Assembly (NCBI GenBank): GCA_017549765.1
Contig: JAFYNM010000004.1
Span: 1,161-65,160, forward strand
Source: Bacteroidales bacterium
GTDB taxonomy: Bacteria; Bacteroidota; Bacteroidia; Bacteroidales; WCHB1-69
DNA: 64,000 nt
Direction: 5' to 3'
The notes under the pieces were generated by a model. That model saw nothing but the letters and a program-made list of their open reading frames with translations, had not been told where the DNA came from and searched no databases. Positions 46,291 to 55,190 of the stretch are shown one piece after another; position 1 is the stretch's first letter; each line of letters begins with the position of its first letter. The position numbers were made by a program, and so were the translations under genes.

Positions 46291-47967
46291 ATGAAACGTC
46301 TGATATTCTTATGTGTCCTTTTCGGACTGGCCATCTCCCTCTTCGGACAAAACCCAGCTCCGACATGCTACCGGGTCTATCTGAGCGACAAGAATAACTC
46401 GCCATATTCCATCAACAACCCTTCGGAGTATCTCTCGCAGCGGGCCATTGACAAGCGCATCCGGTTCAACATTCCGTTTACAGAACAGGATTTTCCCATC
46501 AATCCACAGTACAAGCACCAGATTCTGGCTTTAGACCCGCAGATGCAGCCGTTGGCCGTGTCCAAATGGATGAACACGTTCGTGGTTTATTGTCCCGACA
46601 GCGCGATCATACCTCAAATATTGAACCTGCCCTTTGTGGACTCCGTGATGGCAGTGGCCGCGTACCATTTGAAAGATTCCCTTGTGGCAGAACCTGTCCC
46701 GGAGAATCCGACTCCGATGGTTTGCAATACACCCACATTCAGCAAAGATACACTGGACTATGGTTTTGGTTTTGCACAGATTGCCTTGCACAATGGTCAT
46801 CTGTTGCATGCGGAAGGCTTTCACGGAGAAGGAATGCTCATTGCTGTTATAGACGGCGGTTTTGGGTTGATTGAGGATATGCCTTTTTTCCAAGAGATTG
46901 TAAATAGCGGACGTTTTTTGGGAAAGTATTCATTGTTGCCCAATTTGGATTCGCTATCATCAGGAGGAGCTGTTGCTGAATCTGGTCATGGAACAGATGT
47001 TACATCCGCGATGGCGGCGAATATTCCTGGAGAATTAATCGGGACAGCTCCCGCCGCCTCTTACGTCTTCATAATGTCGGAAGTCGTAGGAACAGAGCAA
47101 CTTATTGAAGAGGATTTTTGGGCCAATGGCGCGGAAATTGCTGACAGCATTGGAGCAGATGTTGTCAATTCCTCGTTGTCCTATTACCGTTTTCCAGATT
47201 TTCCACAAGTCAGTATCGGTTATGAGCAGAAGGATGGCGTGTGGAGTATAGCCTCCAGAGCCGCCACCATCTTAGGACAAAAGGGCGTGGTGGTTTGTGT
47301 AAGTGCAGGAAATTCAGGTAATTATATAGGACATCCTGCCGATGCTTTTGATATTCTTAGTGTAGGAGCCACCTCTGATAGTGTTATTCTCTATTATTCT
47401 TCACACGGTCCAACTTATGACGGACGCGTGAAGCCTGATGTTGTGGCCGAAGGAGAGAATGTATATTGCTATAGTATAGCCCCTCCTACTTATCATTCCG
47501 GTAGTTATTGGCTTATACCCACGGGAGGTACCAGCATGGCAAGTCCTATCATAGCTGGTCTCAGTGCCTGTCTTTGGCAAGCATTGCCATGTTATACTTC
47601 TTCCCAAATCATGCAGATCATTCGCGAGAGCGGTCATCTCTACAACAACCCTAATCCAAAGTATGGCTACGGCATTCCCGATTTCTACAGGGCGTACACT
47701 AGTCACGACTGCATCAGCGGCTTTGAACCACAGAATCTCAGAATCTATCCCAACCCCGTCACTGACCTCTTGAATATCCTCAACCCCCAATTCAACATTC
47801 AAGCTGTTTCCGTTTATAACGCCGCTGGTCAACTTGTCCTGCAGACCGCCGTCCCCAGCTCCCCAATTCTCAAGATTCCCGTAACAAACTTGCCCAGTGG
47901 TTTTTATGTGGGGAAGGCAACGTTTGATAATCACCAAATGGTCACATTTAAATTCTTGAAACAATAA
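46291..47967 (+). CDS. S8 (subtilisin-like) serine peptidase with T9SS C-terminal sorting domain
   Basis: Signal peptide. Catalytic triad context AVIDGGF, GHGTDVTS and GGTSMASP. C-terminal NLRIYPNPVTDLLNI...SGFYVGKATFDNHQMVTFKFLKQ. Confidence 0.9.
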   Translation: MKRLIFLCVLFGLAISLFGQNPAPTCYRVYLSDKNNSPYSINNPSEYLSQRAIDKRIRFNIPFTEQDFPINPQYKHQILALDPQMQPLAVSKWMNTFVVYCPDSAIIPQILNLPFVDSVMAVAAYHLKDSLVAEPVPENPTPMVCNTPTFSKDTLDYGFGFAQIALHNGHLLHAEGFHGEGMLIAVIDGGFGLIEDMPFFQEIVNSGRFLGKYSLLPNLDSLSSGGAVAESGHGTDVTSAMAANIPGELIGTAPAASYVFIMSEVVGTEQLIEEDFWANGAEIADSIGADVVNSSLSYYRFPDFPQVSIGYEQKDGVWSIASRAATILGQKGVVVCVSAGNSGNYIGHPADAFDILSVGATSDSVILYYSSHGPTYDGRVKPDVVAEGENVYCYSIAPPTYHSGSYWLIPTGGTSMASPIIAGLSACLWQALPCYTSSQIMQIIRESGHLYNNPNPKYGYGIPDFYRAYTSHDCISGFEPQNLRIYPNPVTDLLNILNPQFNIQAVSVYNAAGQLVLQTAVPSSPILKIPVTNLPSGFYVGKATFDNHQMVTFKFLKQ

Positions 47968-48017
47968 TTTTCTACCGAACTTTTGCTCCTATCGGGCATT
48001 CAAGGGGATAATTCAAA

Positions 48018-48045
48018 CAGTCAAAGTCAATAGTCAAAGTTAGTC
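48018..48045. repeat. period-7 array (AGTCAAN type, 4 units) overlapping the ClC stop codon
   Basis: cagtcaa agtcaat agtcaaa gttagtc. Confidence 0.7.
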
Positions 48046-49827
48046 TTCCGAGTCGGCGGCGATGAACGACTGGTATTCCGCCAGGAATTTGGCTTTGGAG
48101 ACGAAGCCGATGTATTCCCGGTTCCGCGTGATGATGGGCATGTTGAAATTGCCGGTCTGGTTGAATTTCTCCAGCACTTCCGTGGCGCTGTCGTCGTCAT
48201 AGATGAACTCGCCGGGGTCTATCATCAGCTCTTCCACCAATAGGGTATCGTATTGAGACCGGTCGAAGATAATAGGCCGGTGGTCGTCCATCACCAGCAA
48301 CCCTTCGAAATGGTTGGCCTCATCCGTCACCACGAACAGATTGCGCTTGCTGCGGGCGATGAGCTCCGTGTAGGTGCGCAAGGTGCTGTGGATGGGGATG
48401 GTCAAGATGTTGGTGTCGATGATCTTGTTCCACTGTAGTTTGCGGAGGGCGTATTTGTTTTTGTTATGGGTTTTCAGGTTGTCCTTTTCGGCGAGATGAT
48501 AGGTGTAGATGGAGTATTTCTCGAAGGGATTGACGCTGATGTAGGAGCAGGTGGCGGTGATCATCAGGGGGATGAGCAGGGTATAGCCTCCGGAGAGTTC
48601 CGCGATGAGGAAGATGGCGGTCAGGGGTGCCTGCATGATGCCCGTCATGACGCCGGCCATGCCCGCCAGCACGAAATTGGCGGTGGGCACGTCCCAAGGG
48701 AGGAACTGCTGGGCCATGAGGGCGACAAAGAGTCCGACGAAGGCGCCGATGAACAAGGAGGGGGCGAAGACGCCGCCCACACCGCCGGAGGAGGTCGTCA
48801 GCGTGGTGGCGAAGACCTTCAGCATGAAGATGCCCAGGACACCCAACAGCAACGCATGCGGCCGCTGAAAGAACTCGCTGAGCGGCGAGTTGGCAAAGAG
48901 ATGGCTGAAGTCCCCGTTGATGATGGCGTTGACGCTGTCATAACCCTCGCCGAAGAAGGTGGGGAAGAGACAGATGAAGCCGCAGAGCATGATGCTGCCG
49001 ATGACGGCGCGCGCATAGATGTTGTTGACGCGCTTCATCTGACGGTCTATCCAGCGCGAGGTGCGCAGGAAGAAGACGGACACTAAGCCTGTGAGCAAAC
49101 CCAGGATGATGTACAGCGGGATGTTGCCCATCAGGAAGGTCTGCATGGGGTTGAAGGTGAACATGACCGTCTTGCCCCAGAAGAGCAGCGAGATGACCGT
49201 TCCCGTGATGGCCGAGATGAGCAGGGGCAGAATGGCGCTGCCGGTCAGGTCGAGCATCAAGACCTCAAAAGTGAAGACAAGGGCCGCGATGGGAGCCTTG
49301 AAGATGGCCGCCATGGCTGCACAGGAACCGCATGCCAACAGGAGGGTGGTGTGCTTGCTGTTCATCCTGAAAAAACGCCCGACATTGGAGCCGATGGCCG
49401 AACCCGTCAGCACAATGGGCGCCTCCAGTCCGACCGACCCGCCGAATCCTACCGTGATGGAACTTGCCACCATGGAGGAATACACGTTGTGGAAACGGAG
49501 CTTGCCGTCACTTTTGCAGATAGACTTCAAGACGATGCTCACGCCATGACTCAAGTCGTCCTTCACAATCTTTTTGACAAACAAAAGTGTGAGTATGATG
49601 CCGATAGGAGGGAAGATCAGATAGAGATACTTGATGGCCGAGTAGGCGAAAATCTTGCTTACCGCTATGGAGGTGAGATGCAACAGATTCTTGATAACCA
49701 CCGCGGCTGTTGCGCCTAAAATCCCTATCAAACCACTCAATATCAAGATGATACCTCTTGAATTGAAGTGCTTCTCCAGAAATTTCCGAAAACGGACAAA
49801 CCGGTATATCAGTTTACTATAGCGCAT
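48040..49827 (-). CDS. ClC family voltage-gated chloride channel with C-terminal CBS pair
   Basis: GLEAPIVLTGSAIGS, GGVFAPSLFIGA, and a CBS-like C-terminus. I chose the ATG at 49827; the track starts at an upstream TTG. Confidence 0.9.
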   Translation of the reverse strand: MRYSKLIYRFVRFRKFLEKHFNSRGIILILSGLIGILGATAAVVIKNLLHLTSIAVSKIFAYSAIKYLYLIFPPIGIILTLLFVKKIVKDDLSHGVSIVLKSICKSDGKLRFHNVYSSMVASSITVGFGGSVGLEAPIVLTGSAIGSNVGRFFRMNSKHTTLLLACGSCAAMAAIFKAPIAALVFTFEVLMLDLTGSAILPLLISAITGTVISLLFWGKTVMFTFNPMQTFLMGNIPLYIILGLLTGLVSVFFLRTSRWIDRQMKRVNNIYARAVIGSIMLCGFICLFPTFFGEGYDSVNAIINGDFSHLFANSPLSEFFQRPHALLLGVLGIFMLKVFATTLTTSSGGVGGVFAPSLFIGAFVGLFVALMAQQFLPWDVPTANFVLAGMAGVMTGIMQAPLTAIFLIAELSGGYTLLIPLMITATCSYISVNPFEKYSIYTYHLAEKDNLKTHNKNKYALRKLQWNKIIDTNILTIPIHSTLRTYTELIARSKRNLFVVTDEANHFEGLLVMDDHRPIIFDRSQYDTLLVEELMIDPGEFIYDDDSATEVLEKFNQTGNFNMPIITRNREYIGFVSKAKFLAEYQSFIAADSED

Positions 49828-49842
49828 ATAATTTAGGAGGCG

Positions 49843-49850
49843 CAAATGTA
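49843..49850 (-). promoter_or_regulatory. -7 box TACATTTG (ClC)
   Basis: Plus strand reads caaatgta. Lies 16 nt upstream of the ATG at 49827. Confidence 0.45.
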
Positions 49851-49890
49851 CATAAAAAATGTTATGCCTCAAGGATGAGCGTGATTTTTG

Positions 49891-49898
49891 TATTTTTG
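49891..49898 (+). promoter_or_regulatory. -7 box TATTTTTG (GAF protein)
   Basis: Lies 34 nt upstream of the ATG at 49932. Confidence 0.45.
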
Positions 49899-49931
49899 CC
49901 TTTTTTAAGACCTAAACCTATTGGAAAGACT

Positions 49932-50423
49932 ATGAAAGAACTGATCATTTCAGGGCAGACCAAGAAAGAGCAATACGAGACCCTGTTGCCACAGATAGCC
50001 TCTGTGATAGAGGATGAAGCGGACATGATAGCGAACATGGCCAATGTGGCGGCCATGCTGCACGAGACCTTCCACTTTTGGTGGACAGGCTTCTATCGGG
50101 TGCAGGGCGACCAGTTGGTGCTGGGGCCGTTCCAAGGTCCGCTGGCTTGTACGCGCATTGCCAAAGGTAGAGGCGTCTGCGGCACCGCTTGGGAAAAGGC
50201 TGAGACTATGGTAGTGAAAGACGTGCACCTGTTCCCTGGCCATATCGCCTGCTCCTCCGCCTCCAGGAGCGAGATCGTGGTGCCTATGTGCCACCAAGGG
50301 ACAGTGGTCGGGGTGCTCGACATCGACAGTGAAAAAGAGGCCACTTTTGACGAGGTGGATGCCTTTTATTTAGAGAAAGTTATCGAAATTCTCGAAAAAA
50401 AGTTGATAACTTACCCCTATTAA
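49932..50423 (+). CDS. GAF-domain protein (free methionine-R-sulfoxide reductase-like, YebR/MsrC family)
   Basis: FHFWWTGFYRV, LGPFQGPLACTRIAKGRGVCGTAW, GHIACSSASRSEIVVP. Confidence 0.82.
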   Translation: MKELIISGQTKKEQYETLLPQIASVIEDEADMIANMANVAAMLHETFHFWWTGFYRVQGDQLVLGPFQGPLACTRIAKGRGVCGTAWEKAETMVVKDVHLFPGHIACSSASRSEIVVPMCHQGTVVGVLDIDSEKEATFDEVDAFYLEKVIEILEKKLITYPY

Positions 50424-50458
50424 CAGCATTTTGTTAATTATTGTTGTGGAAAAAAGAT

Positions 50459-50466
50459 TATCTTTG
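50459..50466 (+). promoter_or_regulatory. -7 box TATCTTTG
   Basis: Lies 18 nt upstream of the GTG at 50484. Confidence 0.4.
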
Positions 50467-50483
50467 CGTTTTCCATTAACCGC

Positions 50484-51221
50484 GTGGTAAGAATTTGTAA
50501 AATATTGTATTTCAGCATTTTGATGTGTATCTGCCAAGTATCCTTTGCGCAGATGTCTTATGTGGCTGACACGTTGGTGTCTTCGGGTCTGCCTTGTAAG
50601 GGTCAGTTCATCATTACAGATCACCAGGGAAATGCTTATCGCACAGTGCAGATAGGTTCCCAGTGCTGGATGGCAGAGAACATGCGGTGCACCACGTCGC
50701 CTTCTGGGCGGCATTGGTATCACAACCCGTCGTTCACCAGCCACTCCCCGATGTTTGTCCCTTACGTGAAGGAACATCGTGTGACGCAATATGGCAATCT
50801 CTACAACTGGGCGGCAGCTATGGACTTGGACGAGCGCACGGCCAAGAAGGTGGACGCGAAATATCACCGGGGCATTTGCCCTGACGGATGGCATCTTCCA
50901 ACGACGGAGGAATGGACCATCCTGTTCAACGCATTGCAGGGTACTCGCATGGCGGGCAGTTTGATGAAGTGCCCCTCCTCATTGTGGGAGTCGCAGGCGG
51001 TCACGTTGGACAAGGAGTGTGGCTTCAGCGCGATGCCCGCAGGCACTTATACGGAAGAGGGTTTGGTCAACTTGGGCTTCAACGCCCAGTTCTGGAGTGC
51101 TACCTCTTTCGACCGCAACATGGCGTGGTATTGCGGTGTCTATAGCTACAACAACAACAGCGAGAACAACCTCGACTACAAATGCTATGGCTGTTCCGTC
51201 CGCTGTGTTTGTGACGAGTAA
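50484..51221 (+). CDS. FISUMP-domain secreted protein (paralogue of 14632..15327)
   Basis: GNAYRTVQIGSQCWMAENM, YGNLYNWAAAM, GICPDGWHLPTTEEW, FWSATS, GCSVRCVCDE. The start codon is uncertain (GTG). Confidence 0.8.
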   Translation: MVRICKILYFSILMCICQVSFAQMSYVADTLVSSGLPCKGQFIITDHQGNAYRTVQIGSQCWMAENMRCTTSPSGRHWYHNPSFTSHSPMFVPYVKEHRVTQYGNLYNWAAAMDLDERTAKKVDAKYHRGICPDGWHLPTTEEWTILFNALQGTRMAGSLMKCPSSLWESQAVTLDKECGFSAMPAGTYTEEGLVNLGFNAQFWSATSFDRNMAWYCGVYSYNNNSENNLDYKCYGCSVRCVCDE

Positions 51222-51244
51222 TTAAATATCAAAGGACAACATTT

Positions 51245-51283
51245 AAAAAGCCGGAAAAGTCATGACGCTTTTCCGGCTTTTTT
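51245..51283. terminator. bidirectional rho-independent terminator
   Basis: aaaaagccggaaaag tcatgacg cttttccggcttttt. Lies between the convergent FISUMP and FKBP genes. Confidence 0.8.
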
Positions 51284-51326
51284 ATTTTTACAGACTTGGA
51301 GCGGGACAAGCCCGCCCAAGAGCGAC

Positions 51327-52439
51327 TTACTCGCCTATAGGCTGGAGGGCGGGCGCAGCAGGCTTGTCCTCTGCCTTCAGCACTTCGATTTCGAATACCA
51401 GCGGAGAGTAGGCGGGAATCATAGCGTTGGCGCGGTCGCCGTAGGCCAAGGAGGAAGGGATCAGCACGGTGGCTTTGTCTCCAACATGCATCTTGGAGAT
51501 GGCAATCTCCCAACCAGGGATGACGCGATGTTCACCCAATGTGAAGGTGAATGGTTCGCCACGACCGATGGAACTATCGAACTCGTTACCGTTCAAGAGT
51601 TTGCCGACATAGTCAACCGTCACTTGTTGCATCTCTTGTACCAACGGACCTTTACCCTTCTTGGTGGTCTTGATATAGATGCCCTCGTCAGTGGGTGCGC
51701 CCATGTTGTTATTCTTAACGTAGGCAAGGGTCGAGTCCACTTCGGCCGCTTTGCGGGCGTTCATCTCGGCTTCGTATTCGGCTTTGGCCTTTTCAAACTC
51801 GGCTTTCGGCATGTGACCATACAGTTTCACATCCAGATAGAGCGGTTCATCGCCGAACGGATAGTCTTGGCCTTCCATCATCAGGTCGAAAAACTCCTGG
51901 CCATTGAAGATGAAGGTGGCGCTGTCGCCGACATGCATCATGCGGAGAGCGGCGTAGATATCGTTTTTGCCAATGGAATCCATCAGCATCTCGTTGGGGA
52001 TCATCGGAATGAGGGTGGAGTCTTCCGTTCTCAAATCGAAGAGAATACCAACCAGGTCGCCAGTCTTGGGCATGGCAGCATCATCGTGAATCTCATCGTA
52101 GAATTTGTAGTAGATACCAGAGGCTTTGTCTTTCTTGAAGCCTTTGTGCTTGCCGGTATTCTTAATCAAAAAGTAGCAGCCGACACCTAAGAGAGCCGCG
52201 ATCAAGACACCCAGAATGGCGAACAACCAGGCTTTGGACTTGGGAGCCGTTTCTTCAAAGTCGGGCTCCGTCGGGTCGATAGGGGTCTCCTCCACCTGCT
52301 CGTTCACTACTTCTTCCACCTTTTCAACGGTTTCCTCTACGGCTTCCGCAGCATTCTCCACGGTTTCTTCCATACGGTCGTTCAACAAGGATTCATTTTC
52401 TTCTTGTGTGTTTTCCACATCTAAAAAATCTTCTGACAT
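51327..52439 (-). CDS. membrane-anchored FKBP-type peptidyl-prolyl cis-trans isomerase
   Basis: Acidic N-terminus. TM helix AWLFAILGVLIAALLGVGCYFLI. C-terminal FKBP domain FTFTLGEHRVIPGWEIAISKMHVGDKATVLIPSSLAYG. Confidence 0.85.
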   Translation of the reverse strand: MSEDFLDVENTQEENESLLNDRMEETVENAAEAVEETVEKVEEVVNEQVEETPIDPTEPDFEETAPKSKAWLFAILGVLIAALLGVGCYFLIKNTGKHKGFKKDKASGIYYKFYDEIHDDAAMPKTGDLVGILFDLRTEDSTLIPMIPNEMLMDSIGKNDIYAALRMMHVGDSATFIFNGQEFFDLMMEGQDYPFGDEPLYLDVKLYGHMPKAEFEKAKAEYEAEMNARKAAEVDSTLAYVKNNNMGAPTDEGIYIKTTKKGKGPLVQEMQQVTVDYVGKLLNGNEFDSSIGRGEPFTFTLGEHRVIPGWEIAISKMHVGDKATVLIPSSLAYGDRANAMIPAYSPLVFEIEVLKAEDKPAAPALQPIGE

Positions 52440-52491
52440 GTTCTTTAAGATTATGATTGATAATAAATTTGCTTGATTTTAAAACCGGCGG

Positions 52492-52499
52492 CAAAAATA
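52492..52499 (-). promoter_or_regulatory. -7 box TATTTTTG (FKBP)
   Basis: Plus strand reads caaaaata. Lies 53 nt upstream of the ATG at 52439. Confidence 0.4.
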
Positions 52500-52511
52500 G
52501 TAAAATTTTTC

Positions 52512-53813
52512 CTATGGCGCCATGTTATAGTATTCCTCCAACATATTGTTGTCCAACAGCTCCAATTGTTTGTTGATATAGTGCTTCACCAGTGCTTTGT
52601 CCTTGCGGCTTTCCAGGATGCGGTGCAGGGCTTCGTTCACCTCTTTGACGGTGCCCACGCAGTCGAAGGGCTTCACGTAGGCCATGCCGGCCAGCTGGTC
52701 TAAGATGGGGGCCAGCTCTTTGTTGTTGAGGAGGTCGTCGCCGAAGATCTCAATCATGGTCTGGTCGTCGATGAAAGGTGACAGGATGACATAGGCGAAG
52801 AGGCATTTGGCGCAGCGTCCGCACCATTTGTCCTCTTTGCTGCCTGCATTGCAGCTCTTGAAGACGTGGAAATATTGTGGGTATTTGGCAAAGCGTTCGG
52901 CGATCTGCAGCTCTGTCAGCGGCCGCAGATGGCTGTAGTAGTGGTTGCAGCTGTTCATGTAGTTGTCCACATAATAGCGGAAGTCCTCTTCGAACTCCAG
53001 CGATTTGGAGTATTGGTGGTTGATATGGGTGCCCGGGATGGTGGGTTCGTTGGCCGACGATTCGTTGGAGAGGGCCACGTCGCGGATGCCGGTGACGGCG
53101 GAGAGGAGCACCGAGTAGAAGGCGAGCATGGCGGAGAAGGGCGTGTGTCCGTTGAGGAAGCCCTCCTTGTTGAGTTCCAGCAGTCGGGGGGAGATCTCCC
53201 GTTTCAGCACGATGATATCCTCCAGATTGGGGAAGCCGGCTTTCTCGGCGCAGGCCAGCGTGGCGCCGCGCGGGTTGATGATGAAGGGCACCACCTCTTT
53301 TTTCACACGCAGCTCCTCCAAGGTGACCACCGAGTCCTTGCCCCCGCCGATAGGCACGATGGTGCGGTTGCTCTCGGCCACGTGCGGGTAGGGGAGCGTG
53401 TCCGCCATCGGCGCTCCCTCACCAAAGGCAAAGGTCAGGAACTTCTCGTGGTTGGTGTCGATATGGTTCTGATAGAAGAACTCGCCTAATCCGTACCAGT
53501 ACAGCTTGCGCCACCACAGCTCCTCCTCCTCGTTGAGCCGATAGGGGTGGATCAGCAGGGTGGGACTGCAGGTGCACTTCCAGTAGCTGATCAGCTCGAT
53601 CATGCCGATGTGGAAGATGATGCCTTCCAACTCTTTGAGGTCGGCAGGATATTGGGCGTAGCGACCCGCCTGCAACACCATGGTGGGCGTGAAGCGGATG
53701 CTGTCGCCGATGCTGAAATCAAATTGGATGGTCAAATGATTATGGTTGAGGCTGTAAGAATATCCATTGTAGGAAAAAACAGGATACTCTTTTCTCAAAT
53801 CTTCAAAACTCAT
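52512..53813 (-). CDS. hypothetical protein with a PP-loop-like motif (adenine-nucleotide alpha-hydrolase-like)
   Basis: 434 aa from the ATG at 53813. IVPIGGGKDSVVT resembles the SGGxDS PP-loop. Cys cluster KWCGRCAKC. No confident family call. Confidence 0.7.
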   Translation of the reverse strand: MSFEDLRKEYPVFSYNGYSYSLNHNHLTIQFDFSIGDSIRFTPTMVLQAGRYAQYPADLKELEGIIFHIGMIELISYWKCTCSPTLLIHPYRLNEEEELWWRKLYWYGLGEFFYQNHIDTNHEKFLTFAFGEGAPMADTLPYPHVAESNRTIVPIGGGKDSVVTLEELRVKKEVVPFIINPRGATLACAEKAGFPNLEDIIVLKREISPRLLELNKEGFLNGHTPFSAMLAFYSVLLSAVTGIRDVALSNESSANEPTIPGTHINHQYSKSLEFEEDFRYYVDNYMNSCNHYYSHLRPLTELQIAERFAKYPQYFHVFKSCNAGSKEDKWCGRCAKCLFAYVILSPFIDDQTMIEIFGDDLLNNKELAPILDQLAGMAYVKPFDCVGTVKEVNEALHRILESRKDKALVKHYINKQLELLDNNMLEEYYNMAP

Positions 53814-53834
53814 ATAAAAAATATTAGTACGCGG

Positions 53835-53842
53835 CAAAAGTA
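53835..53842 (-). promoter_or_regulatory. -7 box TACTTTTG
   Basis: Plus strand reads caaaagta. Lies 22 nt upstream of the ATG at 53813. Confidence 0.45.
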
Positions 53843-53853
53843 CAAAAAAATCG

Positions 53854-53861
53854 TATCTTTG
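53854..53861 (+). promoter_or_regulatory. -7 box TATCTTTG
   Basis: Lies 22 nt upstream of the ATG at 53883. Confidence 0.45.
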
Positions 53862-53882
53862 CCATCCTTTTACGTTGACAAT

Positions 53883-54464
53883 ATGAGTGATCCTCGCGAT
53901 TTTTTACAGGTGAAGCAGACGGAATTCTCCCTCTCTCCGGGGAGGATCCTGATCTCGGTGCCGTTGAACCAAGACCTGCTGTTCAGCCGTTCCGTGGTGT
54001 TGCTTACCGACTACAATGACGAGGCGGTGGCGGGGGTGATTGTCAACAAGCCCACGCCTTTCATGTTGGACAGGCTGGTGGACGGTCTGACCCTCAATGC
54101 ACCGTTGCATATCGGGGGACCGGTAAGTCCCGAGATGCTCTTTCTGGTGCACAACTACGAGCATTGTCGGGCAGCCTCCTCCTTGAAACCCGGCATCTTT
54201 TTCGGTTACGACGAGCGGATGCTCAAACTCATAGAGCAACGGATAGACCCGACATTACGCTATCGCTTTCTCCTGGGCTATTCCGAATGGGCCCCCGGAC
54301 AGCTGGAAGACGAGATTGCCCACAACTACTGGGTGGTGGCCAATCCCACGCCGGAGCTGCTCTTCCAGACGGAGACCAGCCAGATATGGCGCAAAGCCAT
54401 TGCCAACTTAGGCCGTGAGTATGAGCACTGGCTTAAAATTCCCGAAAGTCCACATTTAAATTAG
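53883..54464 (+). CDS. YqgE/AlgH family protein (UPF0301)
   Basis: GRILISVPLNQDLLFSRSVVLLTDYNDEAVAGVIVNKPT, LHIGGPV, GYSEWAPGQLEDE. The upstream extension in the track was rejected. Confidence 0.88.
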   Translation: MSDPRDFLQVKQTEFSLSPGRILISVPLNQDLLFSRSVVLLTDYNDEAVAGVIVNKPTPFMLDRLVDGLTLNAPLHIGGPVSPEMLFLVHNYEHCRAASSLKPGIFFGYDERMLKLIEQRIDPTLRYRFLLGYSEWAPGQLEDEIAHNYWVVANPTPELLFQTETSQIWRKAIANLGREYEHWLKIPESPHLN

Positions 54465-54471
54465 CATAGAG

Positions 54472-55104
54472 ATGAAAAAATCCATACTTTTTCTTTTACT
54501 GCTGACCATGAGTGTCAGCATGCTGCAAGCTCAGAAAGGACAGTTCAAAGGCGGTGTCCGGGTAGGACTCACCACCTCCCAGATCTCGGGTGACGACTTG
54601 TCCGGATTTCACAAGGTGGGTGCCACGGCCGGTCTTTTCGCCAATGTGGCGCTCAACGACAACGACAACCTGAAATTACAGATGGGCCTGGATTTCACCA
54701 TGAAGGGCAGTCACTCGCACACTCCCAAGAATCAGGTCAGCTACGACATGTATGCACTCAATCTAGGCTATCTGGAGGTGCCGGTGTTGCTGCAATGGCG
54801 TTTCGCGCATCTCACTATCCGCAGCATTCACGACTTCTGGTTTGAGTTTGGTCCTATGATAGGTGTGAACCTGTACGGCAAGGAGCGCAACGCCAGCGGC
54901 CCCATCCTGTATCGTCCGCCGTTTCGTCGTATGGAGTTTTCTGCTTGTGCCGGACTCAGCTATATGTTCAACGAGCACCATGGTTTCAACTTCCGATTCT
55001 CCAACTCCTTCATCCCGGTGCGTATTCCCACATGGGCTATCAACCAGCGGATCCTCAAACAGTTCAACACGGTGTTGGCGTTCTGTTATGTGTATCAGTT
55101 TTAG
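54472..55104 (+). CDS. outer-membrane beta-barrel protein (porin-family / PorT-like fold)
   Basis: Signal peptide MKKSILFLLLLTMSVSMLQAQ. GGVRVGLTTSQISGDD, LGYLEVPVLLQWRF. C-terminal CYVYQF. Confidence 0.72.
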   Translation: MKKSILFLLLLTMSVSMLQAQKGQFKGGVRVGLTTSQISGDDLSGFHKVGATAGLFANVALNDNDNLKLQMGLDFTMKGSHSHTPKNQVSYDMYALNLGYLEVPVLLQWRFAHLTIRSIHDFWFEFGPMIGVNLYGKERNASGPILYRPPFRRMEFSACAGLSYMFNEHHGFNFRFSNSFIPVRIPTWAINQRILKQFNTVLAFCYVYQF

Positions 55105-55142
55105 CCATTGGCTGTTCGCTATTAGCCGTTAGCTGTTGGTGA
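55101..55142. repeat. period-7 array (6 units) in the inverse orientation (TTAGCYR type)
   Basis: ttagcca ttggctg ttcgcta ttagccg ttagctg ttggtga. Starts on the stop codon of the barrel gene. Confidence 0.88.
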
Positions 55143-55167
55143 AAAGTGTGAGGGAGTGTTTTTTTAT

Positions 55168-55175
55168 TATCTTTG
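55168..55175 (+). promoter_or_regulatory. -7 box TATCTTTG (giant adhesin gene)
   Basis: Lies 16 nt upstream of the ATG at 55191 and 22 nt upstream of the ATG at 55197. Confidence 0.5.
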
Positions 55176-55190
55176 CAGTTCCTAAAATGA

